Source of the DNA: Pseudomonadota bacterium
Lineage (GTDB): Bacteria; Myxococcota; Myxococcia; Myxococcales; Myxococcaceae
NCBI GenBank assembly: GCA_023426545.1
Contig: JAFAAN010000147.1
Location: forward strand, 1,836 to 65,835
Direction of reading: 5' to 3'
Length of the DNA stretch: 64,000 nucleotides
How positions within the stretch are numbered: position 1 is the first letter of the stretch; each line of letters begins with the position of its first letter. The position numbers and the translations under genes were made by a program. Below the pieces are notes generated by a model. The model ran no database searches and was not told the origin of the DNA. It saw only the letters and a program-made list of their open reading frames with translations. Positions 11,652-20,644 of the stretch are shown here, one piece after another.

Positions 11652-13749
11652 CCTGCTCCTGGAAGTGGGCGCCGAGGAGATTCCGGCGTCGTTCATCGGC
11701 CCCGCGCTGGAGGACCTCCAGCGCATCCTCTCCGAGCGCATGGCCGAGGCCCGCCTCCAGCACGGCGAGGTCCGCACCTTCGGGACGCCCCGGCGCCTGG
11801 CCGTGTGGGTGAAGGACGTGGCGGACGCGGGCGAGGACATCGTCAAGGAGGTGCTCGGCCCCAGCGCCAAGGCCGCCTTCGACGCGCAGGGCAAGCCCAC
11901 CAAGGCGGCGGAGAAGTTCGCCGAGGGGCTGAAGCTCACGGTGGAGCAGCTCGGCCGCGCCACGACGCCCAAGGGCGAGTACGTGTCCGCGCGCGTGGAG
12001 GAGAAGGGCCGCCCCGCAGCGGACATCTTGAAGGACGCGCTGCACACGGCGGTGCACTCCATCAACTTCCGCAAGTCCATGCGCTGGGGGGACGTGGAGA
12101 CGTCCTTCGCGCGGCCGGTGCAGTGGCTGGTGGCGCTGCTGGGCGGTGAGGTGCTGCCCGTGGTGTTCGGCGACGTGACGAGCGGCCGCGCCACGCGCGG
12201 GCACCGCTTCCTCGCGCCCGGCGCCATCGAGCTGAAGGCCCCGGCGGACTACGAGACGGCGCTGGAGACGGCGCACGTGGTGGCGGACATCGCGAAGCGC
12301 CGCGCACAGCTCGTGGAGAAGGTGAAGGCGGCGGCGGCCAAGGCGGGCGCCCAGGTGCTGGAGGACGAGGCGCTGGTGGATCAGGTCACCAACCTGGTCG
12401 AGCTTCCGAGCCCGGTGGTGGGGACCTTCGAGGAGCGCCACCTGGACCTGCCCCCCGAGGTGCTGGTGCAGGAGATGAAGAGCCACCAGCGCTACTTCTC
12501 GCTGGTGGACGGCGCGGGCAAGCTGCTGCCGAAGTTCATCGCCGTGTCCAACACGCCGGTGCGCGACGAGCAGCTCAGCCTGCGCGGCTACCAGCGCGTG
12601 CTGCGCGCGCGGCTCGCGGACGGGCGCTTCTTCTTCGATGAGGACCGGAAGACGCCGCTCATCGACCGCGTGGAGATGCTGGGCCGCGTGGTGTGGCAGG
12701 GACAGCTGGGCAGCTACCTGGAGAAGGTGGAGCGCTTCCGGACGCTGGCCCTGTGGCTGGCGGAGCGGTCCGGCCGGGCAGGGGAGTCGGCGACCATCGA
12801 GCGCGCCGCCACCCTGGCCAAGGCGGACCTCGGCACCGGCATGGTGGGCGAGTTCCCCGAGCTCCAGGGCGTCATGGGCCGCGAGTACGCCCGCGCGAGC
12901 GGCGAGCCGGACGCGGTGGCCCTGGCCATCGCGGAGCACTACCTGCCCCGGGGCGCGGAGGACGCGCTGCCCACGCAGGACGCGGGCGCGCTCATCGGCA
13001 TCGCGGACCGGCTGGACTCGCTGTGCGGCATCTTCGCCATCGGCAAGGCGCCCACTGGCGCGGCGGACCCGTTCGCGCTGCGGCGCGCGTGCATCGCCAT
13101 CATCCGGCTGGTGCTGGGGCGTGGGTACCGCTTCAGCCTGACGGCCGCGGTGGACGAGGCGCTGCGGCTGCTCGCCCCGAAGGTCGCCAACGTCAAGCGC
13201 AAGGCGGGTGAGCCCGCGCCGCGCGAGCAGGTGCTGGAGTTCTTCCGCGGCCGCCTCAAGGCGCTGTGGGGCGAGCAGCACCGCACGGACGTGGTCGAGG
13301 CTGTGCTGTCCGCCGGCTTCGACGACCTGGTGGCCGCCCAGAAGCGCCTGGAGGCGCTGAGCCTCATCGTCGGGCGGTCGGACTTCCTGCCGCTGGCCGT
13401 GGCCTTCAAGCGCGTGGTCAACATCGTGGAGAAGCAGGGCCGGGACGTGCAGGGTGGGGAGACCAACCCCCAGAAGCTGGTGGACGAGCCCGAACGCAAC
13501 CTGCATGCCGCCTTCACGCAGGCCCGGAACACCGTGTCGGGGCTGGTGCGGGTGGACGACTTCTCCGGCGCCCTCCGGGAGATCACCGGCCTCAAGCCCG
13601 CCGTGGACACCTTCTTCGACAAGGTGATGGTGATGGCCGAGGACAAGTCCCTCCGGGAAAACCGCATCCGCCTGCTCGTGGAGATTGGGGCCCTGTTCAA
13701 CCAGGTGGCCGACTTCTCGAAGATCCAGGCCGAGACGGCCCCGGCCTGA
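11641..13749 (+). CDS. glyS: Glycine--tRNA ligase beta subunit
   Basis: It overlaps the glyQ stop by 11 nt. The N-terminus [14 protein letters not shown] is typical of GlyS. The protein is 702 aa and has the conserved [17 protein letters not shown] block. Confidence 0.96.
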
Positions 13750-13887
13750 CGGGGGGGCCTGCCTGCCCTCCGGGGAGTGAAGCACCCTGGGGGGCACGCG
13801 GGCGTCGGACGCAAGGCGCCCGGGAATGGCGCGCCGCGTTTCCGGTTGCCCGGGGGGAGGCCCCTTCCTACACTCCGCCCCCCTCTG

Positions 13888-15366
13888 ATGCGCGCCTACC
13901 TTCTTACCTCCGCGCTGCTCCTCGTGTCGTGCGACGTCGGCACCGAGAGCAAGCCCCCTCCGACCACCCGGCTCGTGTACCCGAGCGGCCTTGCCTTCTG
14001 GCGCCCCGAAGCAGGTCCGTCCACGAACGGATACCTGTACGTGGCGAGCGCCAACTTCGATAAGTGCTACGACTCCGGCTCCGTCGTCGCGCTGGACCTG
14101 GATGCGGTGGGGGTGAGGCCCTTCGGCGCGCCCTTCGACCCCGCGGAGCGCCTGCCCAACGACATCACCTCGCTGGGGATTGGCGCGCAGTCCTACGTGC
14201 AGATCGAGAGCTTCGCCGGAGAGATGGCGCTGTGGAGCCCTGCGGGGCGCCCGCCGCGGCTGTTCGTCCCGGCGCGCGCCGAGGGCAGCCTGCTCCACGC
14301 CATCGACGTGGGCGAGGACGGCCTCTCGCTGCGCTGCGTGCAGGGAGGCGAACGCGACTGCCGCGCCAACGCGCTGTCGCTGCTGGACGTACCCGGGGCC
14401 TCCAACGGGTTGCCGTCAGCGCCGGGCCCCCTGGGCGTGAGCGTCGCGGGAACCGGTGACGACGCCCGCGTCTGGGTGACGCACACGGAGCTGGCGGGGC
14501 CGGCGGCGGCCACCGCGGAGGCCGACCTGGAGGGCTACCTGCTCAACCTGCCGGCGGCGAATCCCACGCGGGACGCGCTCAACGTCGATGAGTTCGTGGT
14601 GCTCGGGACGAACGACCGGCTCTCCGGTGTCGCGCACGCGACGGCCATTGGCAGCCGGTACGTGTATGCCTCCGGGCGCAACTCGTCGTCGCCACGGCTG
14701 GGCGCGCTGCCGGCGCGCTTCATCCTGCGGCTCGTGGACCGGGCCAACCCGGGCCGGGTGCTGGAGACCGACCTGGAGCTGTCCTACTCGGTGCGCGAGG
14801 CGCGCGGCGTGGCGGTGGTCCAGACGGGCACGCGCACCCCCGACCCGGCCCTGCCGGAGCAGACCGTCGTGGACGAGCGCGTGTACCTGCTGGCGCGTGG
14901 CCCGGACACGCTGCTCGTGCTGGACGTGCTGAACGCGGCGGGCACCGCGCCCGACGCCGGGAACTTCCCCAGCGTGCGCATCGTGGCGGCGCTGCCCGTG
15001 CCCGCGGGCGCCAGCGAGCTGGAAGTGATTCGGCGCGGCGCGGGCCGGGGCAACCTGGTGGCGGTGACGGGCAGCGGTGACGAGGCCGTGGCGATCTTCG
15101 ACGAAGAAGTGGGGCAGCTCATCGCCCAGGTGCAGGTGGGCGACAACGACCCGAACAACCCCAGCCAGCCCTTCGGCCTGGCCGCGGACGTCCGCGGCAA
15201 CTCCGCCCGCATCTTCACCAGTACCTTTGGTGACGGCCGCGTGGCCATCATCGACATCCCAGACCTCGACCGCCCGCAGAATGCCCGGCTGGTGGCGAGG
15301 CTTGGCGCCCGGCAGGGGCGTGACCCACGCCAGGGCACCAGCCTGTGCCAGGAGACCTCCCCGTGA
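13888..15366 (+). CDS. Lipoprotein with beta-propeller-like repeats (first gene of the Tad-like module)
   Basis: ATG at 13888 gives signal peptide plus lipobox MRAYLLTSALLLVSCD. It has recurrent strand-rich blocks (YLYVASANFD, RLFVPARAEGSLLHAIDV, RVWVTHTE, RVYLLARGPDTLLVLDV, NLVAVTGSGDEAVAIFD, RIFTSTFGDGRVAIIDI) reminiscent of YVTN/YncE-type propeller blades. Confidence 0.7.
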   Translation: MRAYLLTSALLLVSCDVGTESKPPPTTRLVYPSGLAFWRPEAGPSTNGYLYVASANFDKCYDSGSVVALDLDAVGVRPFGAPFDPAERLPNDITSLGIGAQSYVQIESFAGEMALWSPAGRPPRLFVPARAEGSLLHAIDVGEDGLSLRCVQGGERDCRANALSLLDVPGASNGLPSAPGPLGVSVAGTGDDARVWVTHTELAGPAAATAEADLEGYLLNLPAANPTRDALNVDEFVVLGTNDRLSGVAHATAIGSRYVYASGRNSSSPRLGALPARFILRLVDRANPGRVLETDLELSYSVREARGVAVVQTGTRTPDPALPEQTVVDERVYLLARGPDTLLVLDVLNAAGTAPDAGNFPSVRIVAALPVPAGASELEVIRRGAGRGNLVAVTGSGDEAVAIFDEEVGQLIAQVQVGDNDPNNPSQPFGLAADVRGNSARIFTSTFGDGRVAIIDIPDLDRPQNARLVARLGARQGRDPRQGTSLCQETSP

Positions 15367-17429
15367 AGCGCAGCACCCTTGCCGCCCTGTGCGCGTGCGC
15401 CAGCCTGACCAGCAGCTGCTCCGAGACCGACGTCCGTTCGGGCTTCGCTGGCCTGTCCGGCACCTTCGACGTGACGCAGACCCAGGACTTCGTCTTCGTC
15501 ACGTCGTCGGACCGGGACGAGCTGCGTGTGCTCGACCTGGTGGCGAATCCGCGCGCCTTCGTGCCCGCGCCGAATCCGCTGCAGGCGCTGTCCATCCCCG
15601 TGCTGGACCGGCCCGACGCGCTCACGCGCGACGTGGCCTACAACGCGGCGGGAGATGACGTCCCAGGGCCCTACATCTACGCGCGAAGCTCGGGGTCGCC
15701 GGAGATCTCGGTGGTGGCCTCGGCGCGCGAGCTGCTGCGGCAGGTCGTCCGCCTCAAGGCGCCGAGCATCGTCACGGCGTTCTCCGCGCGCTCCCCGACG
15801 CCCGGCACGGACGAGCCGAGCACGCTGTACTACGCCATCCAGGACCCGGACGGCCTCTTCGACGCCGACACCGGAGGCGCGCGCGTCATCCGGCAGGACC
15901 TCCCGGGCCCCAGCGCGCTCCTGGCGGCCGAGCCCGCGCCGCTAGCGCCTCCGGTGACGGTGTTCTGTCTGCAGCCGGGTGAGTCCGTCCTGTCCATGAC
16001 GACGCTGGCCACGCCGGGACAGTTCGCCGTGGCCACGCGGCAGGCGTCGGGCCGGTCGGGCCGCACGCTGGTCGTCACCGACTCCGGTCCGGTCGCGGAC
16101 TGCCTCCAGCCCTCCACGCCCACGCTGGACGTGTCCGAGGGCTTCGGCAACGTGCCCGCCCGGCTCCTGGTGAGCCACCCCAGCACGGAAATCCCCAATG
16201 CGGGGTCCATCAACGCGGGGCGCTACCTCTTCGGCATCCGGGACGAGCTGGCGTGCGCCGGCGCCCGTGAATGCTCCGGCGTGCTCGCGGTGGACCTCGA
16301 GTCATCGCCGCCTGGGCAGACGGCGCGGGACCTCAGCGGCGCCCCGATGCTGCCCATCTACCCCCCGGGAGGTCTGCCCACGGGGCTCGCGTTGATGCCG
16401 GATGCGTCCCTGCGCATCACCCGCGACGATGGGTCGTCTGGCACCGTCACGGTTCCGCTGCTCGGCATCATGCCTTCGTCCAACGGCTACATCACGATGT
16501 TCTCGGCCAGTGACCTGCGCCAGTTCGACCTGTCGGCGGCCACGGCGCGCGCCACAGTGTCGCTGCGAGACAGCAACGAGGTGCCGCTGATCATCGAGAC
16601 GGCCGACCTCGTGACGGTGACCCAGGACCCAACGCTCCAGTCCACGGTGCTCTACGAGGGCTCCGTGCCCAACGCCTTCTTCCGCATCATCTACCAGGGC
16701 GGACTGCCGGGGCTGAACGGCCTGGCCCGCGACCCCGGGGATCCCCGTCGATTCGAGGCGGAGGCCGCCCCCGCGGCGAACGCGCGAGCGGGGGACATCC
16801 TGGTCCTGGAGAGCGCGGACATGCTCTGTGCCATCGACCTGCCCATCTCCGCGGTGGAGCCGGTTCCGGGCACGACCCGGGTCCGCTTCGCCATCGCGGA
16901 CTCGCAGGAGATTCCGGCCGACTGCGCCAACCTGACGCGCTTCACCGTGCGGGCGGGCGGCGACCAGCCCTTCGTCCTCTACAACGAGGCCGGTACATTC
17001 CTGTCGCGGGAGGTCACGGGGGCGTCGAGCTACAGCATCCCCACCGAGTACTTCTTCCATCCGGAAGGGTTCTACATCGACGACGACAACGACCCGTTGA
17101 CGCCGCCGGTGCCGAATGTCTCCCGCTTCCCCCAGCCGCCGCCTCCGCTGCACATCCGCGTGGTGGCCGTGGGACGTGAGCTGCGCCGGGGGGACCGCTA
17201 CGCGGTGACGCTGAACTCCGGGATCCGGAACTACGTCTTCACGCCGGACAACGCGGCGGGCACGGGGCTGGCCTTCTACACGTTGCCGGGGGCCGTGACG
17301 GGCTCTCAGCAGCGCAACGCCGAGCTCGCCTACATCGCCTACCCATCGGCGGATGGCATCCTCCAGCTCGGCCTGCCGGGGCTCACGGACAACCGGGCGC
17401 AGTCCCTGGCATTGGTTCCCTTCGAGTAA
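15363..17429 (+). CDS. Large lipoprotein, beta-propeller-like N-terminal region, unknown function
   Basis: GTG at 15363 lies 7 nt after GGAGA and overlaps the upstream stop (GTGA). The signal peptide plus lipobox is VKRSTLAALCACASLTSSC. It has the blade-like motif DFVFVTSSDRDELRVLDL. An alternative GTG start is at 15345. Confidence 0.7.
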   Translation: MKRSTLAALCACASLTSSCSETDVRSGFAGLSGTFDVTQTQDFVFVTSSDRDELRVLDLVANPRAFVPAPNPLQALSIPVLDRPDALTRDVAYNAAGDDVPGPYIYARSSGSPEISVVASARELLRQVVRLKAPSIVTAFSARSPTPGTDEPSTLYYAIQDPDGLFDADTGGARVIRQDLPGPSALLAAEPAPLAPPVTVFCLQPGESVLSMTTLATPGQFAVATRQASGRSGRTLVVTDSGPVADCLQPSTPTLDVSEGFGNVPARLLVSHPSTEIPNAGSINAGRYLFGIRDELACAGARECSGVLAVDLESSPPGQTARDLSGAPMLPIYPPGGLPTGLALMPDASLRITRDDGSSGTVTVPLLGIMPSSNGYITMFSASDLRQFDLSAATARATVSLRDSNEVPLIIETADLVTVTQDPTLQSTVLYEGSVPNAFFRIIYQGGLPGLNGLARDPGDPRRFEAEAAPAANARAGDILVLESADMLCAIDLPISAVEPVPGTTRVRFAIADSQEIPADCANLTRFTVRAGGDQPFVLYNEAGTFLSREVTGASSYSIPTEYFFHPEGFYIDDDNDPLTPPVPNVSRFPQPPPPLHIRVVAVGRELRRGDRYAVTLNSGIRNYVFTPDNAAGTGLAFYTLPGAVTGSQQRNAELAYIAYPSADGILQLGLPGLTDNRAQSLALVPFE

Positions 17430-17492
17430 CTGGGCGGGACTGGAGGGCTCTGGTATCGTCCGGGGCTTCCAGATTCACGCGAGTCAAGACCG

Positions 17493-18347
17493 ATGATCGA
17501 TCAGAACTCCCGTCCTGCCCGCAAGGTCGGTATCGCCGACCACTTGTGGGAGACGTTCGAAGACATGGCCCAGCAGATGGGCTCGGATCGCGATGCGCTG
17601 ATCAACCAGGCGCTCTTCATGTTCGCGCGCCTCAACGGCTTCCTCGAAGTGAAGTCCCGCTCCGAGGCCGCCGTCGCGCCCGTGGCCGCTGTCCCCGCGT
17701 CCGCGCCGGGCCGAGCGTCCGCGCCGCCCGTGCTGGCGCCGGCGCCCAAGCCGGAGCCCGCGCCCGCGCCGGCGCGTCCGCCCGTGCGTGCCACGCCGGA
17801 GGACCGCGCGGCCGCCAACGGCCTGGACAATGACCCGGTGCGCCGTGAGGTCGCCGAGCGCGTCCTGGAGACGGCCGCCGAGCTCGAGCGCCTCATCAAG
17901 GGCAAGAACAGCGAGCCGCCCCCGCCGGCGGACGACCTGCTCGAGGACGAGGAGGAGCCGCTCCCCGAGGCCGAGGATCCGGGCCTCATGGACGAGGAGG
18001 AGCCGCTCCCCGAGGAGGCCGAGGAAGAGCCCGCCGACGACCTCGCCGAGGAGGAGGAGGAGGAGGGTGGGGCGCTGTACCTCGTCACCGAGTCGGGTGA
18101 CCAGGAGCAGATCGTCAAGGACCGCTTCGTCATCGGCCGCGGCAAGCACTGCGACTTCGTCATCAACTCCGGCAAGGTCTCCCGCGAGCACGCCGTCATC
18201 GTCCGAGAGGGCGATGACTGGCTCATCGAGGACCTGGGCTCGTCCAACGGCACCTGGTTCAACAAGCAGCGCATCAAGCGCCGCAAGGTCGAGGACGGGG
18301 ACGAGTATTTCATCTGCAGCGAGAAAATCCGTCTCTTGATTCAATAA
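17493..18347 (+). CDS. Ribbon-helix-helix-like N-terminus, Pro/acidic linker and C-terminal FHA domain protein
   Basis: The C-terminal FHA is FVIGRGKHCDFVINSGKVSREHAVIVREGDDWLIEDLGSSNGTWFNKQRI. The N-terminus KVGIADHLWETFEDMAQQMGSDRDALINQALFMFARLNG has the strand-helix-helix pattern of CopG/Arc RHH proteins, which is an inference. Confidence 0.85.
   Translation: MIDQNSRPARKVGIADHLWETFEDMAQQMGSDRDALINQALFMFARLNGFLEVKSRSEAAVAPVAAVPASAPGRASAPPVLAPAPKPEPAPAPARPPVRATPEDRAAANGLDNDPVRREVAERVLETAAELERLIKGKNSEPPPPADDLLEDEEEPLPEAEDPGLMDEEEPLPEEAEEEPADDLAEEEEEEGGALYLVTESGDQEQIVKDRFVIGRGKHCDFVINSGKVSREHAVIVREGDDWLIEDLGSSNGTWFNKQRIKRRKVEDGDEYFICSEKIRLLIQ
17946..18015 (+). repeat. Perfect 25-nt direct repeat with 45-nt period inside the RHH-FHA gene linker
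   Basis: GACGAGGAGGAGCCGCTCCCCGAGG occurs at 17946-17970 and again at 17991-18015. Each copy encodes DEEEPLPE. Confidence 0.9.
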
Positions 18348-18359
18348 AGCGGTGACCCG

Positions 18360-18378
18360 AGCCCCGCCCCGCGGGGCT
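18360..18378 (+). terminator. GC-rich hairpin after the RHH-FHA gene (possible attenuator or terminator)
   Basis: AGCCCCG (18360-18366) pairs with CGGGGCT (18372-18378) around a 5-nt loop. It is followed by TCTGGTTGTT and lies 13 nt after the stop codon. Confidence 0.35.
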
Positions 18379-18442
18379 TCTGGTTGTTCGCCAATTGACG
18401 GCCTCCCGGCGTCCCTGGTTTGATGTCGGACGCCTGCCGCGA

Positions 18443-18994
18443 ATGGGACAGGCGCAGATGACGCCTGTTCAAATCGCGCTTTGGATGGTTCTCGGAGTGG
18501 CCCTCGTGATCTCGGTGGTGACGGATGTGCTTCGCCGCGAGATTCTCGATGTCGTCACTTATCCGCTGATGGCGGTAGGCCTGGGCGTGCGTCTCGCCAC
18601 CGAAGGGGTGGGGGACCTGGAGCAGGGACTCATCAGCGGGCTGGTGTCGGGGGTGGGGCTCGCGCTGCTGCTGCTGCCAGCGGCGCTGCGCGGGCGGATG
18701 GGGTGGGGCGACGTGAAACTGATGGGAGGGGTGGGCGCCGTGCTGGGATTCCCGGCGGCGCTCGCGGCGGCGGCCTTCATCTCACTGGTGGGGGCGCTGC
18801 AGGCCGTGGTGACGCTGCTCTGGCAGGGAGCGGCCTGGGACACACTGGCGGCGGTGGTGCGCCGGTGGGCGGTTCGTGTCCGGCTGGCCAGCGCGGACGC
18901 GCAGCCAGCGACCCAGCGCCACATCCCCTACGGAGTGGCCATTGCGCTCGGAACCCTCTGGGCACTGTGGTGGCAACACGGAACGTTGAGTTAG
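18443..18994 (+). CDS. cpaA: Type IV prepilin/Flp peptidase, A24 family (CpaA/TadV-like)
   Basis: It is a polytopic membrane protein with the two catalytic Asp contexts of A24 peptidases: VVTDVLRREILD and GWGDVKLMGGVG. The start is uncertain (TTG 18395, ATG 18443 or ATG 18458). Confidence 0.82.
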   Translation: MGQAQMTPVQIALWMVLGVALVISVVTDVLRREILDVVTYPLMAVGLGVRLATEGVGDLEQGLISGLVSGVGLALLLLPAALRGRMGWGDVKLMGGVGAVLGFPAALAAAAFISLVGALQAVVTLLWQGAAWDTLAAVVRRWAVRVRLASADAQPATQRHIPYGVAIALGTLWALWWQHGTLS

Positions 18995-19029
18995 CTCGGA
19001 TTTCTGGAAGAGAAGAGGGGACACGGACG

Positions 19030-20478
19030 ATGTTCACACGCATCACGCATGCCGCGGCGCTTGGCGCCCTCATCGCACTGGTGGCTGGCGGCAGCGCCCT
19101 GGCGCAGGATGGCACCACCGTCAGCCTCGGCGTGGGTTCCCAGAAGGTGATCACCATTCCGGGCCTCAGCCGCGTCGCGCTCGGTGACCCGAGCATCGCC
19201 GACGTGAAGACGCTGGGCTCCGGCCAGCTGCTCATCACCGGCCAGTCCGAGGGCAAGACGACGCTGCTCGTCTGGAAGTCCTCGGGGCAGCGTGTCAGCT
19301 ACCTCGTCGCGGTGCGCAAGCAGGACCCCAACGAAGTCATCACTGAAATCAAGCGCCTGCTCGGTGAAATCGAAGGTGTCTCCGTCCGCATGGTGGGTGA
19401 CCGCATCTACCTGGATGGTCAGGCCTACACCACGCAGGACGCCGACCGCATCGAGCAGGTGGTGGGCCTCTACCCGAACGTGAAGTCGTTCGTGAAGATC
19501 GCCCCCAACGCCAAGAAGCTGGTGGCCCAGAACCTCAACGCCGCGTTCCAGAAGGCCGGCCTGAAGAACGTCCAGGCCAACGTGGTGGGCGCGACCATCT
19601 TCCTGGAGGGCTCTGTGGAGAGCCAGCAGGACCTCCAGAAGGCGGAGCTGATCACCAAGGCCATCGGTGAGAAGGTGGAGAACCTCCTGGTGGTGGGCAT
19701 CAAGCGGATGATCCTCTCCGAGGTCCAGTTCGTGGAGATCCGCCGCAACAGCCGCGACCGGTACGGCATCCGCTACCCGACGGACATCACCGGCACCGCG
19801 ACGGCCATCTCCAACATCAGCCAGCAGCTCTTCCCGGGCACCTTCGGCTCGGGCGTGGCCACCATCGGCATCAACGCCTCCGCGGACTTCTCCTTCGGCT
19901 TCCAGGGCAACGATGGCTACGGCCGCCTGCTCGCGCAGCCCAAGCTCGTGTGCGCGAGCGGTGAGAAGGCGGAGTTCCTCGCCGGCGGCGAGGTGCCCAT
20001 CCCGCTCATCACCAACAACCAGTTCACGGTGGAGTTCAAGAAGTACGGCGTCATCCTGAACCTGCGCCCCACCGCGGACCGCAACGGCAACATCCAGACG
20101 GAGATCGAGGCGGAGGCGTCCGAGATCGACACGTCCGTGGCGGTGTCCTTCGGCGGCTCGGCGTCCATCCCCGGCTTCCGCACCCGCAAGGTGAAGACGA
20201 ACGTCACCGTGCGCCATGGCGAGACCATCGTCCTCTCCGGCGTCTTCAGCCACGACGAGCAGAAGTCCGTGTCGAAGATTCCGGGCCTGGGTCACATCCC
20301 CATCGTGGGCGAGCTCTTCAAGAGCCGCGGGTTCGACTCCACCAAGCGCGAGCTGGTGATCTTCGTCACCCCGCGCATCGTCAACCCGGACTCCGACAAG
20401 GTCCGCACCATCATCGAGGACGTGAAGAGCCGCTACAAGCAGGCCCGGTCCGAGGTGAACTTCAACATCTTCGACTGA
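19030..20478 (+). CDS. cpaC: Tad-type outer-membrane secretin (CpaC/RcpA-like)
   Basis: ATG at 19030 gives the signal peptide MFTRITHAAALGALIALVAGGSALAQD. It has a BON/pilus-formation N-domain (VITIPGLSRVALGDPSIADVK...LLITGQSEGKTTLLVW). The C-terminal secretin core is LAQPKLVCASGEKAEFLAGGEVP...IPGLGHIPIVGELFKS...ELVIFVTPRIV. Confidence 0.88.
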   Translation: MFTRITHAAALGALIALVAGGSALAQDGTTVSLGVGSQKVITIPGLSRVALGDPSIADVKTLGSGQLLITGQSEGKTTLLVWKSSGQRVSYLVAVRKQDPNEVITEIKRLLGEIEGVSVRMVGDRIYLDGQAYTTQDADRIEQVVGLYPNVKSFVKIAPNAKKLVAQNLNAAFQKAGLKNVQANVVGATIFLEGSVESQQDLQKAELITKAIGEKVENLLVVGIKRMILSEVQFVEIRRNSRDRYGIRYPTDITGTATAISNISQQLFPGTFGSGVATIGINASADFSFGFQGNDGYGRLLAQPKLVCASGEKAEFLAGGEVPIPLITNNQFTVEFKKYGVILNLRPTADRNGNIQTEIEAEASEIDTSVAVSFGGSASIPGFRTRKVKTNVTVRHGETIVLSGVFSHDEQKSVSKIPGLGHIPIVGELFKSRGFDSTKRELVIFVTPRIVNPDSDKVRTIIEDVKSRYKQARSEVNFNIFD

Positions 20479-20530
20479 GGCGGGCGTCCCGGGCGCCGCT
20501 CCAGCCGGGCCCTCGCGGGCCCCCGCATAC

Positions 20531-20568
20531 GGGCCGGCTTCCTCCCTCCTGGGGAGGGACGCCGGCCC
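20531..20568 (+). terminator. Long GC-rich hairpin downstream of the secretin gene
   Basis: GGGCCGGC (20531-20538) pairs with GCCGGCCC (20561-20568). An inner stem pairs TCCCTCC (20543-20549) with GGAGGGA (20553-20559). It is followed by GTCGGCTTTC. Confidence 0.4.
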
Positions 20569-20644
20569 GTCGGCTTTCAGGGCAAGCGTGCAACCTGGTT
20601 CTCACGCTTTGAGGTCGAAGGGGGGCTTGCTAGCATTCGTCCCC

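Noticed and set aside
18481-19029. N-terminal extension of the secretin ORF (track start 18481), overlapping cpaA
   Set aside because: The extension is Gly/Arg-rich and lies in another frame of the peptidase gene. A proper signal peptide begins at the ATG at 19030.
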